A stretch of 62,991 bases of DNA, filler included, from Octopus bimaculoides (Eukaryota), in the NCBI RefSeq assembly GCF_001194135.2. It is 5 parts of 5 records of this genome, joined end to end, with 100 filler letters (N's around TTAATTAATTAA, not from the genome) between each part and the next. Parts side by side here need not be neighbours in the genome. Positions count along the whole stretch, not along the records: positions 24,747 to 54,861 come from NC_068990.1; 4 more parts are not named here. The stretch is one strand, 5' to 3'. How positions within the stretch are numbered: the stretch's first letter is position 1; every line of letters starts with the position of its first letter. The notes under the pieces were generated by a model. It had not been told where the DNA came from and did not search any database. It saw nothing but the letters and a program-made list of their open reading frames with translations. Below are positions 24,841 through 37,499 of this stretch, one piece after another. Made by a program: the position numbers and the translations under genes.

Positions 24841-26715
24841 GCGCTGGTCTGACATTTTCCTTCAATGTTTTCTTCGTTTGAGTAAATATATGAATGATGA
24901 TGTGCTCAGGTGTATTTGCGCGTCGATGTGTGTGTGTGTGTGTGTGTAGTTGTATGGCTGTATGAGAGCATAATTGTGTTTAGACACATACGTGCACATG
25001 TGCATAAATGCATACGTGTATGTGTGCACATGTGCATAAGTGCATGTGTGAATGTATGTCTGCGACTTTCCAATTACCAATTAGAATTTTATTTTGTCTC
25101 TTTCACTATTTTTGTTGTTGTTTCAATTTATTTTTCTTGTTTTTTGTATAATTTAATTACTTCAATTTCATTTCAAAAATTACATTTCCGCCTCCTGTAA
25201 TCCGACACCTTCCTCTACGGATCCTGCGCCCCCCACCCATATCACTGCTCCTCCATCTTTTTGCGCCCCCTTACAGTCTCAGTTTCAGTTAAACGGACCG
25301 ACAGACAACAGTCCGACAAACAGACACAGTCGAACAGACACATGACAGGAATTACATAACAATAACAACAAAATCTACTATAATTACTTAACCATTAACG
25401 TCCCCTCCACCGCTTCGTCTCCTAACACCACCACCACCATAAACGAAACAATGAGAGAAGCGAGCCTATGGCCTGTTAGAAATAGAAACCAAATCATCCT
25501 CAAATTACATCCCACTTAAAAGCAGGACACCGAACGTAACTTCGTCCTAGATACACTATACCTGAAAACAAGACGATGTGGTTTCACCTGAAAGACTTTT
25601 GGTCAGGTCCATCGCTTTTTATGGACTTGGAGTTTACGAACGAACCCTCGCCATGCTTATCACGTGTCGCGAAAATAAAAAAAAAAAGCAGCAGATTATT
25701 CTAACGGTTGAATTCCAAGTAAATAAAGTTGTAGATAACAGCGTGTACATGTTGGGTAAAAAAAAAAAGAAATCTTTGAATAGATAAAACTCGAAGGCTG
25801 CTCGTGAGACTCAAACCTCCATCTTCTGCAATCACAGTATTCAAACTGTATTTTTATAGCTTATTTAATTTGAGTACAACCGTTTAAAAAAAATTATTTT
25901 ACGTTCTCTCAAAGTTTCTAAATTCTAATTTTGCGCAATGGCATTATTCCTTCCACCATGGGCCGCTTTTTAGNNNNNNNNNNNNNNNNNNNNNNNNNNN
26001 NNNNNNNNNNNNNNNNNNNNNNNNNNNNNNNNNNNNNNNNNNNNNNNNNNNNNNNNNNNNNNNNNNNNNNNNNNNNNNNNNNNNNNNNNNNNNNNNNNNN
26101 NNNNNNNNNNNNNNNNNNNNNNNNNNNNNNNNNNNNNNNNNNNNNNNNNNNNNNNNNNNNNNNNNNNNNNNNNNNNNNNNNNNNNNNNNNNNNNNNNNNN
26201 NNNNNNNNNNNNNNNNNNNNNNNNNNNNNNNNNNNNNNNNNNNNNNNNNNNNNNNNNNNNNNNNNNNNNNNNNNNNNNNNNNNNNNNNNNNNNNNNNNNN
26301 NNNNNNNNNNNNNNNNNNNNNNNNNNNNNNNNNNNNNNNNNNNNNNNNNNNNNNNNNNNNNNNNNNNNNNNNNNNNNNNNNNNNNNNNNNNNNNNNNNNN
26401 NNNNNNNNNNNNNNNNNNNNNNNNNNNNNNNNNNNNNNNNNNNNNNNNNNNNNNNNNNNNNNNNNNNNNNNNNNNNNNNNNNNNNNNNNNNNNNNNNNNN
26501 NNNNNNNNNNNNNNNNNNNNNNNNNNNNNNNNNNNNNNNNNNNNNNNNNNNNNNNNNNNNNNNNNNNNNNNNNNNNNNNNNNNNNNNNNNNNNNNNNNNN
26601 NNNNNNNNNNNNNNNNNNNNNNNNNNNNNNNNNNNNNNNNNNNNNNNNNNNNNNNNNNNNNNNNNNNNNNNNNNNNNNNNNNNNNNNNNNNNNNNNNNNN
26701 NNNNNNNNNNNNNNN

Positions 26716-27180
26716 CTCAAGCTGATTTACTAAGCATTCAGGTGGAGCAGGCCACCTTGTTCGAATGCCTGTCATACGACCCCACGAACGACTTACAGCG
26801 AACTGTCGAAAGGCAAGCATATGCAAAGTGGACAGAAAAAGCACTTCAAGGACTCATTTAAAACTTCACTGAAGAGCTTTGAGATCAACCCCGACACCTG
26901 GGAAACGCTAAAGCAAGACCACCCTGCCTGGCGAAGCTACACCAACAGAGGTGCCACATCCTACGAACAGAACTGGATTGAAGGGGCATAAAAAAATCGC
27001 GAACTACGCAAATCCAGAACTGTCTCTTCGCCTTTAGTCCCAGCAGACCGACATTACTCAACCTACAGCAGAGCCTTCTGAGCGTGCATTTGACTGGTTG
27101 ATCACAACTGGACACACCGTACCTTGTCTTCTTCTCCCATGTGATGTTCTTGGTCATCGTCGACACCAACGGACGAACTA
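26716..27180 (+). mobile_element. RTE-clade (BovB-like) LINE 3' end
   Basis: GHLVRMP ... YSELSKGKHMQSGQKKHFKDSFKTSLKSFEINPDTWETLKQDHPAWRSYTNRGATSYEQNW. 3' tail ggtcatcgtcgacaccaacggacgaac. 5' part is lost in a gap. Confidence 0.8.
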
Positions 27181-28779
27181 TGACTATGACCATGACCAAT
27201 CTACTCTCCACCACCACCACCACCACCACCACCATTGCTGTACGAAGCAAAATTCTTAACTATTCGGTTATGCTGCGTCCAGTACGTGCGAACACACGCA
27301 CATACACACACTCACAAACATGCACACACACACACATACATACATGGTTAGATTGAAAAAGAAACGGTCAAATTGAATGTCTATGCCAAACTCAAAACCA
27401 ACTTTGGCATCGACTCAATTGAATCAACCCGTGTATATCACTGGTACAGTGTTATAGTGCTGTAGAGTTATGGTGATGTGCAGACAAGTTGATATCCTGT
27501 TCAGCCATTAAATTTCACTGTGATTTCCGGTTGTATTCAATAAAAACGGAAGTGACTGAAAGGACCTTGTCAATTCTACACGATTGGTCTTGTTATGAAT
27601 AACAGTCAAACCCCCTTCACATCTCATCCATTCGTCTTTGGAACGACACAATGTACACTGCTGTCCTAATCACTTCATAAAGCCGGTGAATATGCCACAT
27701 CTTTGTGTGGGATTGAATGCCTTGTGGTGTTTGATGCTGCTAACTGCGCTCTTCTTGGTTTGCAATGTCCGCTTCTGTAATACAAAGTTGTGGTCATGTT
27801 TACGCATACAGAATACTTTCCATTGGTATTTAGATATGTCCCTGATTTCAGTGTTTCAAAATTAGTCTTCTGGGTTTTTTTTTTTCAGCAATACTGAGGT
27901 TTCAGTATTTGCTGCCCTTTACATAATGCCTTCATTTTTCAATGATTCTATTTATCTGATCTCTCTTTTATCTTTTTATCATTTGTTTTATCTTAGACTG
28001 TATTATCAAATTGTACCCTATGACCACATTTTCCTTTACTTTCTGATCATTTTAAAATAAATATATTGCTCCGGCATGACCACGGCCGCATGGCTGAAAC
28101 GAGTAAAACAGTATGTCAACTACCTAAGCACTTCACTTGTGGATAATTCACAAATTATACAATTCTAACCACCTTTTGTGGTTTAAAATTTGGAAAATGG
28201 AAAGAAAGAACATCTTCCCCAAATGCTCAGTCCACAGACGGAAGAAAGGGTTACTGTCTTTGTACTATGAATAATACAAGTGGCATCAGTCACCTACGCC
28301 TAGCGATAAGTACTCAATCACTTGGATTGTCTTTGACATTATTGTTAACAAGGATTGACAAGTTTCTACAATTCTATTACATATGTGTTGGCATTTGTAG
28401 ATGTATTTCAAATGGTTTCGTATGATCAGGCGCATGAATATATGCATATGTGGGTGAGACCTTGTTGTTGCTGCTGTTGTTGCTGCTGTTGTTTTTGTTT
28501 CTGTTTTACGTTACCGCTGGCGTTGAGGTAATTGACGTTGTCTTGTTGTTGCCCACCTAAAGCTTCTATGTTAGGATATAACTTAAAGTGGCAGAATGGC
28601 TTCAATTCGAAATCACTTCTGACTTTGAAATCTCTGAGGGAGAACTTGACCACGAGCACTGTTGCGTGGATTAATTTTCTTTCCATTATGTAGAGAGTTC
28701 CTCGTTGAAAACGCTGCTCTGTCGGAACCATATAATTGTTGTTAATAGTGTTGTCAGTACAATTTGGAGTTGTCATTGA

Positions 28780-29271
28780 TAAAATGATGGGGATGGTGGG
28801 ATGGTGGTAGTGGAGGCGGTATGTGTGTATGAGAGGGACGTGATGATAAGGATGACGGTAGTCACTATAGTGGTGTTGGGGTAACGGTGGTGGCGTTGGC
28901 CGCAGTGGTGATTGAATCAATGATAATGGTGGTGATGGTGGTGGTGGTAGTAGTGGAGGAGGAGAGGAAGCAGTGATGATACTGGTGATGGTGGTGGTGG
29001 CGCTAGGAGGTGGGGGTAGGGACGATGGAAAGGGAATTGGTTTCACAATTGTAAGAGGAAACATTCCAGTTAAATGAAACCTTACTAAGTGGTACGGTGA
29101 CGTCACTCTTAATTAGAAGAACACCGTGACGACGGCCATGACGATGACAATGATTATGACCACAACCAAGATGACGACGTCGACGAGACGACAACTACCA
29201 CCACAACGACGACGACGAACACAATGACCACGACGACGACGACGCGATGATGATGATGATGGTGATGATGG

Positions 29272-29357
<86 letters not shown>

Positions 29358-29376
29358 GTGATGATGGTGGTGGTGG

Positions 29377-29426
<50 letters not shown>

Positions 29427-29559
29427 GTGATGATGATGGTGACATCACCGAGTATAATTTTAAGGTAGTTATGACAACTGTTTTCATGACGACAGCGATG
29501 ATGAAAGCCTTGATAATAAGTTGAATCGTAATCACCATCATCTTCATCGTCGTTATCAT

Positions 29560-29606
<47 letters not shown>

Positions 29607-29695
29607 CTATCATCACCATCGTCATTATTGTCATAGAAATCATTAACATCATCACCGTCATCACTACCATCATCCCCATCACCATCACCTGACAC
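28780..29695. repeat. Compound trinucleotide arrays (GGT/GAT, GAC, then CAT/CAG)
   Basis: Direct inspection. Source of the poly-M/D/A/S/I pseudo-ORFs. Confidence 0.9.
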
Positions 29696-29873
29696 TTTTC
29701 TTTGATTTGTTTTAGCTGATCCTTCAGTTCATTCGTTCTTCTTCACCTCTGCTCTTTATCAACGATTATACACACATTTGAAGGGAAATAGTTTTCTGTT
29801 TGATATATGGCTGTATAATTGTGTAGCTCAGTACGAGTGTCTGAAAAACGCACACATCTTATTATTATTATTA

Positions 29874-30230
29874 TATGTTTGACTTTTGCTTTCTATTGCT
29901 ACAAGTTGACTCCAGGTCTTACCCAGAGACCTCAAGAGACAACAAGTTAGAAGGTCAAGTTGAGACAAGGGTGCCACATATTTAGTTTTGCACAGAATAT
30001 TGTTCTAGAGAATGTCTGTCAAAACATAAGTAAATTAGAAGTTTGTTTTAAAAGTGATTTGATTATAAGATACTAATGTAATGTTAATATGGCAATAAAA
30101 GGTGTTTGTTATTATGTACATTTAAAAGTATTTTGACAGTTTACGGATTAAAATATTTTCGTGATTACATAGGCAATATTTTACGTACGATATGAGTACT
30201 ATTTTTAAAAAATTCTTTCATTTTCGGATT
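29874..30230 (-). mobile_element. R4/Dong-like family A, 3' UTR-only copy ending in (TAA)n
   Basis: Collinear with 39906-40260 and with the reverse complement of 62540-62794. Confidence 0.8.
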
Positions 30231-30244
30231 ATATACACACAGAT

Positions 30245-30405
30245 AGATAGACAACAGGCTTCTTTCAGTTTCCGTCTACCAAATCCTCTCACAAGGCTTT
30301 GGTTGACTCGAGGCTATAGTAGAAGAAATACATCCTGATGCCACGCAGTGGGACTGAACCCAGAACCATGTAGCTGGGAAGCAAACCTCTTACCACACAA
30401 CTAAC
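30245..30405 (-). mobile_element. SINE S1 head
   Basis: tctttcagtttccgtctaccaaatcc...gccacgcagtgggactgaacccagaaccatg. Confidence 0.75.
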
Positions 30406-30428
30406 TAAATGATGATATTATTTTTTAG

Positions 30429-30488
<60 letters not shown>

Positions 30489-30863
30489 ATGTTGTATATG
30501 TGTGTGCCTGCATATATGTGCATGCGTGTGCGTGAATGTATGTATGAGCATGCGTGTGCATTTATGCCAGCGATTGTTACGCGTCTCATCATTCCAGTTT
30601 CTCCAATACTGGAAATAGGAACACATTCCAGATACTCCATAGTGATGTTTAATATTCTGGATAAGCCAATCCAGAGTTACACGACTTTGTGGCTCGTCTT
30701 ATTCCACACAGCATCATAGCCGCTTATACCAAAGTCGATGAATGGCTGCCATTAAGACGACAGAAAGGCTTCAGATGGAGGCACAATGAACAATCATGAT
30801 ATTTAACAAAAAGCATTAAAAGGCAACAGTGAAGTTCATTAATATTGTTAGAGTTAATGTAAA

Positions 30864-31302
30864 GGCGGTGCGATGGCAGAATCGTTTGCAGATCAGGCGA
30901 AATGCTTAGCGTCTGCCGTTACGATCTGAGTTCAAATTCCGCCGAGATCAACTTTGCCCTTCATTCTCTCAGAGTCGATAAAATAAGTACCAGTTGAATA
31001 CTGAGGTCAATGTAATCGGCTTATTCCCTCCACGAAATTGCTGCCTTTGCAGCAAAATTGTGAAATCATTATTATGTTTTTAATATATTTAATGTAGAAA
31101 AGTCGGCGAGATGGCAGAGTCGTTAATACGCTGGGCTAAATGCTTAGCGGCGTTTCGATCTGAGTTCAAATTCCGCAGAGATCGACGTTACCTTTCATAC
31201 TTTCAGGGTCGGTAAAATAAGTATCAGTTGAAAAACGGGGTCGATGTGATCCACTTAACCCCCTCCCCCAACGTTACTGGCCTGGTGTTAAATTTGAATC
31301 CC
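30864..31302 (+). mobile_element. Two SINE S2 copies (30864-31072, 31100-31302); the second is flanked by a 16-bp target-site duplication
   Basis: aatatatttaatgtag at 31082-31097 and 31303-31318. Confidence 0.8.
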
Positions 31303-31332
31303 AATATATTTAATGTAGTGAGCATCATAAAA

Positions 31333-32110
31333 TCAACCAAAAATAATTGTGTCGAGAATTTTTACAGTTCCAGTGATGGATTGCATCTGTAGTCTTCGAA
31401 TTAGCTTTCTCTTTTCTGGTTTTGAGAAGGCTAATTTCTCAAGATAGGTATTCAGACAGTGTGTTACATATCCCAAGGGCCCAATAATTACAGGTATAAA
31501 CCCGAACTTGTAATCTGGATAGAGTAACTGCAGATTTCTCAATAGTTCAGCATAGGTGTTCTCTTTTTCACTGATCTTCAGCTTCATGTTAATATCCGCT
31601 GGGAAGATAATTTCCACAACTGTGCACAGTTTCTCTTCTCTATCCCAAATCACAATATCAGGTCTGTTGTGCTTACATTTTATTGAGGTCTTCACTGGTA
31701 TATTCCACCAGTATTCCTTTTTATCATGAGTGGTTATGGCTTCTACCATATTGTGGGTTCTTATTTCTTTGTCCTCGGGGTTATCCTTCCGACGGATTTC
31801 ATTACAGAGTGTCCTAGCTACAACATCATGTCTCATCGGTAGACAATACCGTGATGACATTTTCGGACAACTGTTTATGATGTGGGTGATATCTTCGGTG
31901 TTAACTCCACAAAATCTGCATCGGTTGTCGCATTTTACTGCTTTTCCTACATCTCTGTCGCTTTTGTGCATCAGGTACTTGCTTGATATTTCCTGTTCCT
32001 GGATTGCAGGAAAAGTTGAAACCGATTCGATTTGAACACAGAAACTTGGACCAAATACCACTGCATGATTCTATGTTTTGGATTCTGCGTTTCACCACCT
32101 TCCAAAGTAT
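31333..32110 (-). mobile_element. RLE-type (R4/Dong/NeSL-like) non-LTR retrotransposon C-terminus, family C
   Basis: 242-aa ORF with CCHC knuckle CRFCGVNTEDITHIINSC, RHD, and PD-(D/E)xK nuclease HNRPDIVIWD...VEI...K. Confidence 0.9.
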
Positions 32111-32614
32111 CTTATTGAGTCCTTAACTTTAGCGCGCGCGCGCACATGTTGCTGTTGCTGTTGTTGTTGTTGTTGTTGTTTAGTACCAGGTCAGACCTGG
32201 TTGAGCACACCTATAATCATAAGCATTCTAGCCGTGGCCATCCTGTCTCTTTCTTTGTCTATACAGGGAACCCAGCACCACGAACCCGTTTGCTAACACG
32301 GTGAGTTGGTTGTGATTCGAGGGAGATTTAGCTGTTATGTCGAGTATAAAGACCTCCGTATTTTACTGGTACTTATTCTATTGATCCAATAGATATAAAT
32401 GCAAAAGCCTCAAGTTCTACCACCCCAACAACTTTCACTCATTAATACTAATTAACAACAATGAAATATTTGTTGCACAAATGAAAAAAATACTCATTAA
32501 ACTAGGAAAAACCACACAAATCATAATTTCACCAGTTTTTCCTTTTTTTTTTTTCTAAAAGACTGAATTCTTTCTTTTTTCTGTTTGTTACGTTCAGAAT
32601 GATTTACAAAAACA

Positions 32615-32689
<75 letters not shown>

Positions 32690-32693
<4 letters not shown>

Positions 32694-32895
32694 GGCCCGT
32701 GGCTTAGTGGTTAAGGTATTCGATTCACAATCGTAAGGTCATGAGTTCGATTTCTAACGGTGCGTTGTGTCCTTGAGGAAGACCCTTTTATTTCCAGCTG
32801 CTCAGTCCACTCAGCTGGTAAAATTGAGTAGTACCTGTAAATTCAAAGAGCCAGCCTTGTCATATTCTGTGACACGCTGAGTCTCCCTGAGAACC
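32690..32895 (+). mobile_element. SINE S3 copy, 3'-truncated
   Basis: ggcccgtggcttagtggttaagg...gagttcgattt...gttgtgtccttgagg...gtacctgtaaattcaaagagccagccttgtc. Confidence 0.75.
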
Positions 32896-33079
32896 TTGTT
32901 CTTATCCAATGTCCGGCTTTAATACTCAACAGATATTTTTTCTATATATTTTTTGGTATTATTTTGTTTTTTATTGCCATGGGGATTTACGGTCTAAGTT
33001 CCTCAATTAATTCCTTCAGACATGCTTCATTTATTTAGGTAGAAAACTGCTTTAATAATTTCAAACTGCTCAGCATTGA

Positions 33080-33126
<47 letters not shown>

Positions 33127-33127
<1 letters not shown>

Positions 33128-33465
33128 CAATGTCGCCTTCCTGGCACTTGTGCCAGTGGCACGTGAAAAGACATTCGAGTGAGATCGTTGCCAGTGCCGA
33201 TGGACTGGCTCCCGTGCAGGTGGCATGTAAAATACACCATTTCGAGCGTGGCCGTTGCCAGTACCGCCTGACTGGCCTTCGTGCCAGTGGCACGTAAAAG
33301 CACCCACTACACTCTCGAAGTGGTTGGCGTTAGGAAGGGCATCCGGCTGAAGAAACTCTGCCAAATCAGATTGGAGCCTGGTGTAGCTACCTGGTCCACC
33401 AGTCCTCAGTCAAATCGTCCAACCCATGCTAGCATGGAAAGCGGACGTTAAACGACGATGATGAC
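33127..33465 (+). mobile_element. SINE family S4 with internal degenerate repeats and RTE-like (GAT)n tail
   Basis: Repeated gccagtg/gcacgt units, ggcgttaggaagggcatccggct, and ending ccatgctagcatggaaagcggacgttaaacgacgatgatgac. Confidence 0.6.
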
Positions 33466-34084
33466 AGAATATAAAATATACAAAAATATACAGGCTAGGG
33501 TGAGAATTCTGAAACACTAACCATTTCGAAAATAATCTGTATAACTTTTATAAAGTTACATGTGATATATCGAACAGCAACAGTGAAATATCTTCAAAAC
33601 ATGACATTATTCAATGTAGCTACAACGTGTAGTAAATATATTGTTTTGAGTGAAAGAAGACAATGGTAATCTGTATCTTTCTACAATGCATACAGGAATA
33701 CAAGAATACCGTGTTATCATCTACACTTATTCTAAACATTAGCTACTTGAAAGTTCATTTAAGATATTACATATATCGTTGGTCTTATTATAAGCATAAT
33801 ATTATAATATTACAGGTCCAAAATGGTCAAGCTCGTTTGACTTTGCAGCCCAGATTGAAATCTAAATTCCATCTCGCAAATCGGATAGAAATATATATAA
33901 TTCCCTAAAATCTTATTCATTATTTTGGCCAAAGTAAATGGATAAAGGAATCCAAATACATTTTAGTAACTTTATTAACAATAAAAGAAGAGAAGAATAG
34001 GAGGTGTTGCAAAGGTTTGTGTGCAGTGATGTGTACGAACATTTCATCCATTTGATGCATACACACACACACACACACACCCAC

Positions 34085-34157
<73 letters not shown>

Positions 34158-34189
34158 TGTGTGTGTATATATATTATATATACATATTT

Positions 34190-34345
34190 TCTCTCCCTCT
34201 TTATTTCTGTGTTCCTTTCTGTTGAAGAGCGTAGGCTCGAAACGTAAAAAACTTTCTCACTTCCCGAGCGTTAAACTAATACACCTATTTGTTGTTTACA
34301 CACCCGTCTTCGTCTTTTGTTTTTTTGTAAATTCTCACTATATAT
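34190..34345 (+). mobile_element. PLE-type terminal fragment with hammerhead-like motif (34215-34250), flanked by (TA)n
   Basis: cttt-CTGTTGA-A-GAGC gtag GCTC-GAAA-C-GT-A-aaaa. Confidence 0.6.
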
Positions 34346-34971
34346 ATATATATATACATACAAGTGTATAACCTACTGATTAAAGTGTTACAATCACGAC
34401 TGCAACATCGTGGTTTCGATTCCTAGACCGAGTTGTGCGTTGTGTTCTTGGGCAAAATATTGCATCTCTCGTTGCTCTGCGATTACTTTGATAACTGACG
34501 TGTGACACACCGTGGCACCTGTTCAGGCAACGTCGATTTGATGGAGAGAGTGAGCTAAAATGCGGCACGAACATTCGATCACTATAAAGAAATCACTTGT
34601 GCAGGTCGTTCGGGGTGTTAAAACACCTGAAGAGACAGGTAAGACAACCCGTCCCTAGTTCCATTCATGAGTGACGGATACCGATATTTCGCCATTTTTG
34701 TGGCTTATCAGCATCACATACCTGAATCGAATCGGAAACGAACTGAATCGCCAGTCTATAAATAGTGTAAAAAAAAAGAAAAAAGAAAAGCTATTTGCTG
34801 GTATGCCACGACAATGCAAACGTAAGGTTAAATTCAACTGAGGGAATCATCCCGAACGTGATACCCTGCAACATACCGGTGAACAAGTAAAACACATACA
34901 TTGAGTATAAGTGGTCGATAATGTTCACAACACTCGCGTTGCTTTTAATTCATAGAAGAATGGACTATGAT

Positions 34972-35190
34972 TACAGTAGCGAGTTAGTAGAATCGTTAGC
35001 ACATCGGAGGAAATGCTTTAGCAGCATATCGTCTGTCATTACGTTCTGAGTTCAAGTATCGCCGAGGTCGACTTTGCCTTTCATCCTTTCGGGGCCGATG
35101 AACTAAGCACCGGATTATCACTGGGGTCGATGTAATCGACCACCTCCTTCTCCCAAAAGTTTCAGGCCTCGTGCCTGTAAGAGAAAGGAT
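34972..35190 (+). mobile_element. SINE S2 copy
   Basis: agaatcgttagcac...gttctgagttcaag...gactttgcctttcatcctttcgggg...caggcctcgtgcctgtaagagaaagg. Confidence 0.8.
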
Positions 35191-36291
35191 TACGACGCGT
35201 CTCTTGATGTTTATTACGTGTTGTGACATTAGGCAATACATTCCAGTCCTTCGATCCACTGCGTTGCTGTCTGTTCATTGAATTGTAAATGACTGAGTAT
35301 TCCGTAGACTCTTGTATCCTTAGCATCAAGCTCACTCAGAATCAGTTTAATACAGTTTGTGACATGACTGGTCGTTCGAATCCTAGGCACCGTCCAATAG
35401 GCTTCGGAACAGTTTCTGTCACTGCAATTTCACTCAGACAGACGATGAGAAAAACACATCTGTCGAAGTTGCCACTCAACAAGATTGACCCTGGTACACG
35501 AACACTCCCTACAGTCTCTCTACTATACACGCTGTACAGTTCCTTTACAAGTGTTCATGTTTAGGATTCAATTTCTTGGTTTTTATAGATTTTAGAGTAA
35601 CGGTGGTGGTGGCGGCGGTAGTGGTGGTTGTCGTCGTCCTCTTCGTCGGCGGTGGTACTGCTGATGGTGGTGGTAGTGGTGGTAGTAATGGTGGTAATGA
35701 TGGTGATGGAGGTGATAATGATAATTGTGTTCGGTCGTGGTGGAGATGATGATTGTTGTGGTTGTGGTGGTGGTGATAGCAGCGATGGCGTTGGTGATGC
35801 TAACAGTTATTGTTTCCCCCAACAAACCGTTACAATATGCAGATGAATAGAATATCTTGAGGGAGAAGCATCTATATTGAAAGTCAGAAAAGAGCTTTCA
35901 CGAGCGAGAGACATCTTTGACAAACGTTGATGACATGCTGGTGGGGTCGGGGAAGAAGTTAAGGGGCCCCAAAATTGTGTAGAAGTTTCTACTGCGGTCT
36001 CTATAAACGTAGACCACGTGACTCCAGTCATTCTTACCGCTTTTGTTTCTGGACATAAAGCTAAGAGAATAGAGTGTCGGAAAGAATTTAGGGCAGTTCA
36101 CGATAGTTGCAGCCAATAATAACTGTGATGGTGATGATGATGATCATGATGATGATGATGATGATATATTTCACAAGGTCCTAGGCATTAGGCATGTGGC
36201 TAGAGTCGAACGCAACAAGTTTACGAGTATTTTTATATTTATTTTATCGATTCTTCAGAGATTAACAACTGAAATGTATGCAGTAGTGCTG

Positions 36292-36357
<66 letters not shown>

Positions 36358-36372
36358 GTTATTATTATTATT

Positions 36373-37106
36373 GCCTTTGCACAGCTTCTAACGCTGGAGA
36401 TGTACTACAACGTCAGCTGTTCACTACCAGTGTACTAAGGTAACACCTCTTATTTTTCGAGCAACTTCCGGAGTATTCGAGAGGTTCCAAGCAGTGCTGT
36501 TTTCTGCAAGTGCTCCACCCTTGCTGTAACCCCTATTTGTTCCACGTACTTCTCGAGATTTTTGCTCACTGTTCCCAGGGCTTCGACAATTATTGGTACT
36601 ACTGCTACCTTTTTCAGCGACCACAACTGCTTAACTTCCTAAGCTAACCTGTCATATCTCTCGACTTTTCTTTATTCCTTATCTCATACCTTGTTGTCAG
36701 CTGGGCATGCGATATTTATGATCCAGCATAGTTTGTTCTCTTTCTCAATTAAGACTATATCCGGTTTCCTATTCTCTATCTCATGGTCGCACTGAATTAT
36801 AAAATCCCATAGGATCTTTGCATTTCTTTTTTCGACGATGCCTTCAGGTTTGTGGTCGTACCAAGTTTTTGCTCTGTCAACTCCATACTTGTTGCAGAGT
36901 GTCTAATGGGCAAGCCTGGCTATATTCTCGTGGCGTCTCTTATATTCCTTCTGGGCTAGTGGCGTACATTGGCTGGTAATATGCCATACGGTTTCACTGT
37001 TTTATCCACAGATTCTGCACTTATCACTTTCTGATGTGTTGTTTATTCTGTATTTTATGTAGTTTGTTCTTAGTGCTTGCTCTTGGGCAGCACAGATTAG
37101 AGCCTC
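36373..37106 (-). mobile_element. R4/Dong-like RLE retrotransposon, family B, 5'-truncated, 3' end joined to (TAA)n at 36292-36372
   Basis: Minus strand in one frame with stops (37106-36450): EALICAAQEQALRTN...CRICG*...HITSQC...RHE...RKPDIVLIEK...IACP...VVPIIVEALG...KTALLGTSRILRKLLEK*. Confidence 0.9.
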
Positions 37107-37499
37107 CGTTAGCCCAACCCTCTCAAAAGGTCCTTGAATAAGGGTTGTTTAAGGATGTTGAACAAAACACCCATGTCTCCAAAGATAAATTATCCAAACC
37201 CAAAAGAATTCCTCTCAACACATGGCTATGATACTCCCTCACTACTTCTTCCCGTGATCAGAGATGCACATATCGTCAGCCGCTAAAAGACATGCTCAAC
37301 TGGNNNNNNNNNNCATATCGTCAGCCGCTAAAAGACATGCTCAACTGGTTAAGGTCGAACAACTGACAAGCAAATCTGTAGTATTGAGCAGAATATTTGC
37401 TGTAGCCCATCTTTTATGCCAAAGAACAACATGTACATAACACTTCCCAGATCAGAAGACATGAGAGCCAGTGACTGGTACTGCATCAGGGAATAGGCT

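Noticed and set aside
29113-29695. Poly-Met, poly-Asp/Ala and poly-Ser/Ile ORFs, and similar ones at 35592-35846, 36196-36438, 41004-41381 and 45152-45364
   Set aside because: These are stop-free frames of trinucleotide repeats with no complex coding sequence.
37269-37348. Exact 35-bp direct repeat separated by 10 N
   Set aside because: Contig-overlap (negative gap) artefact.
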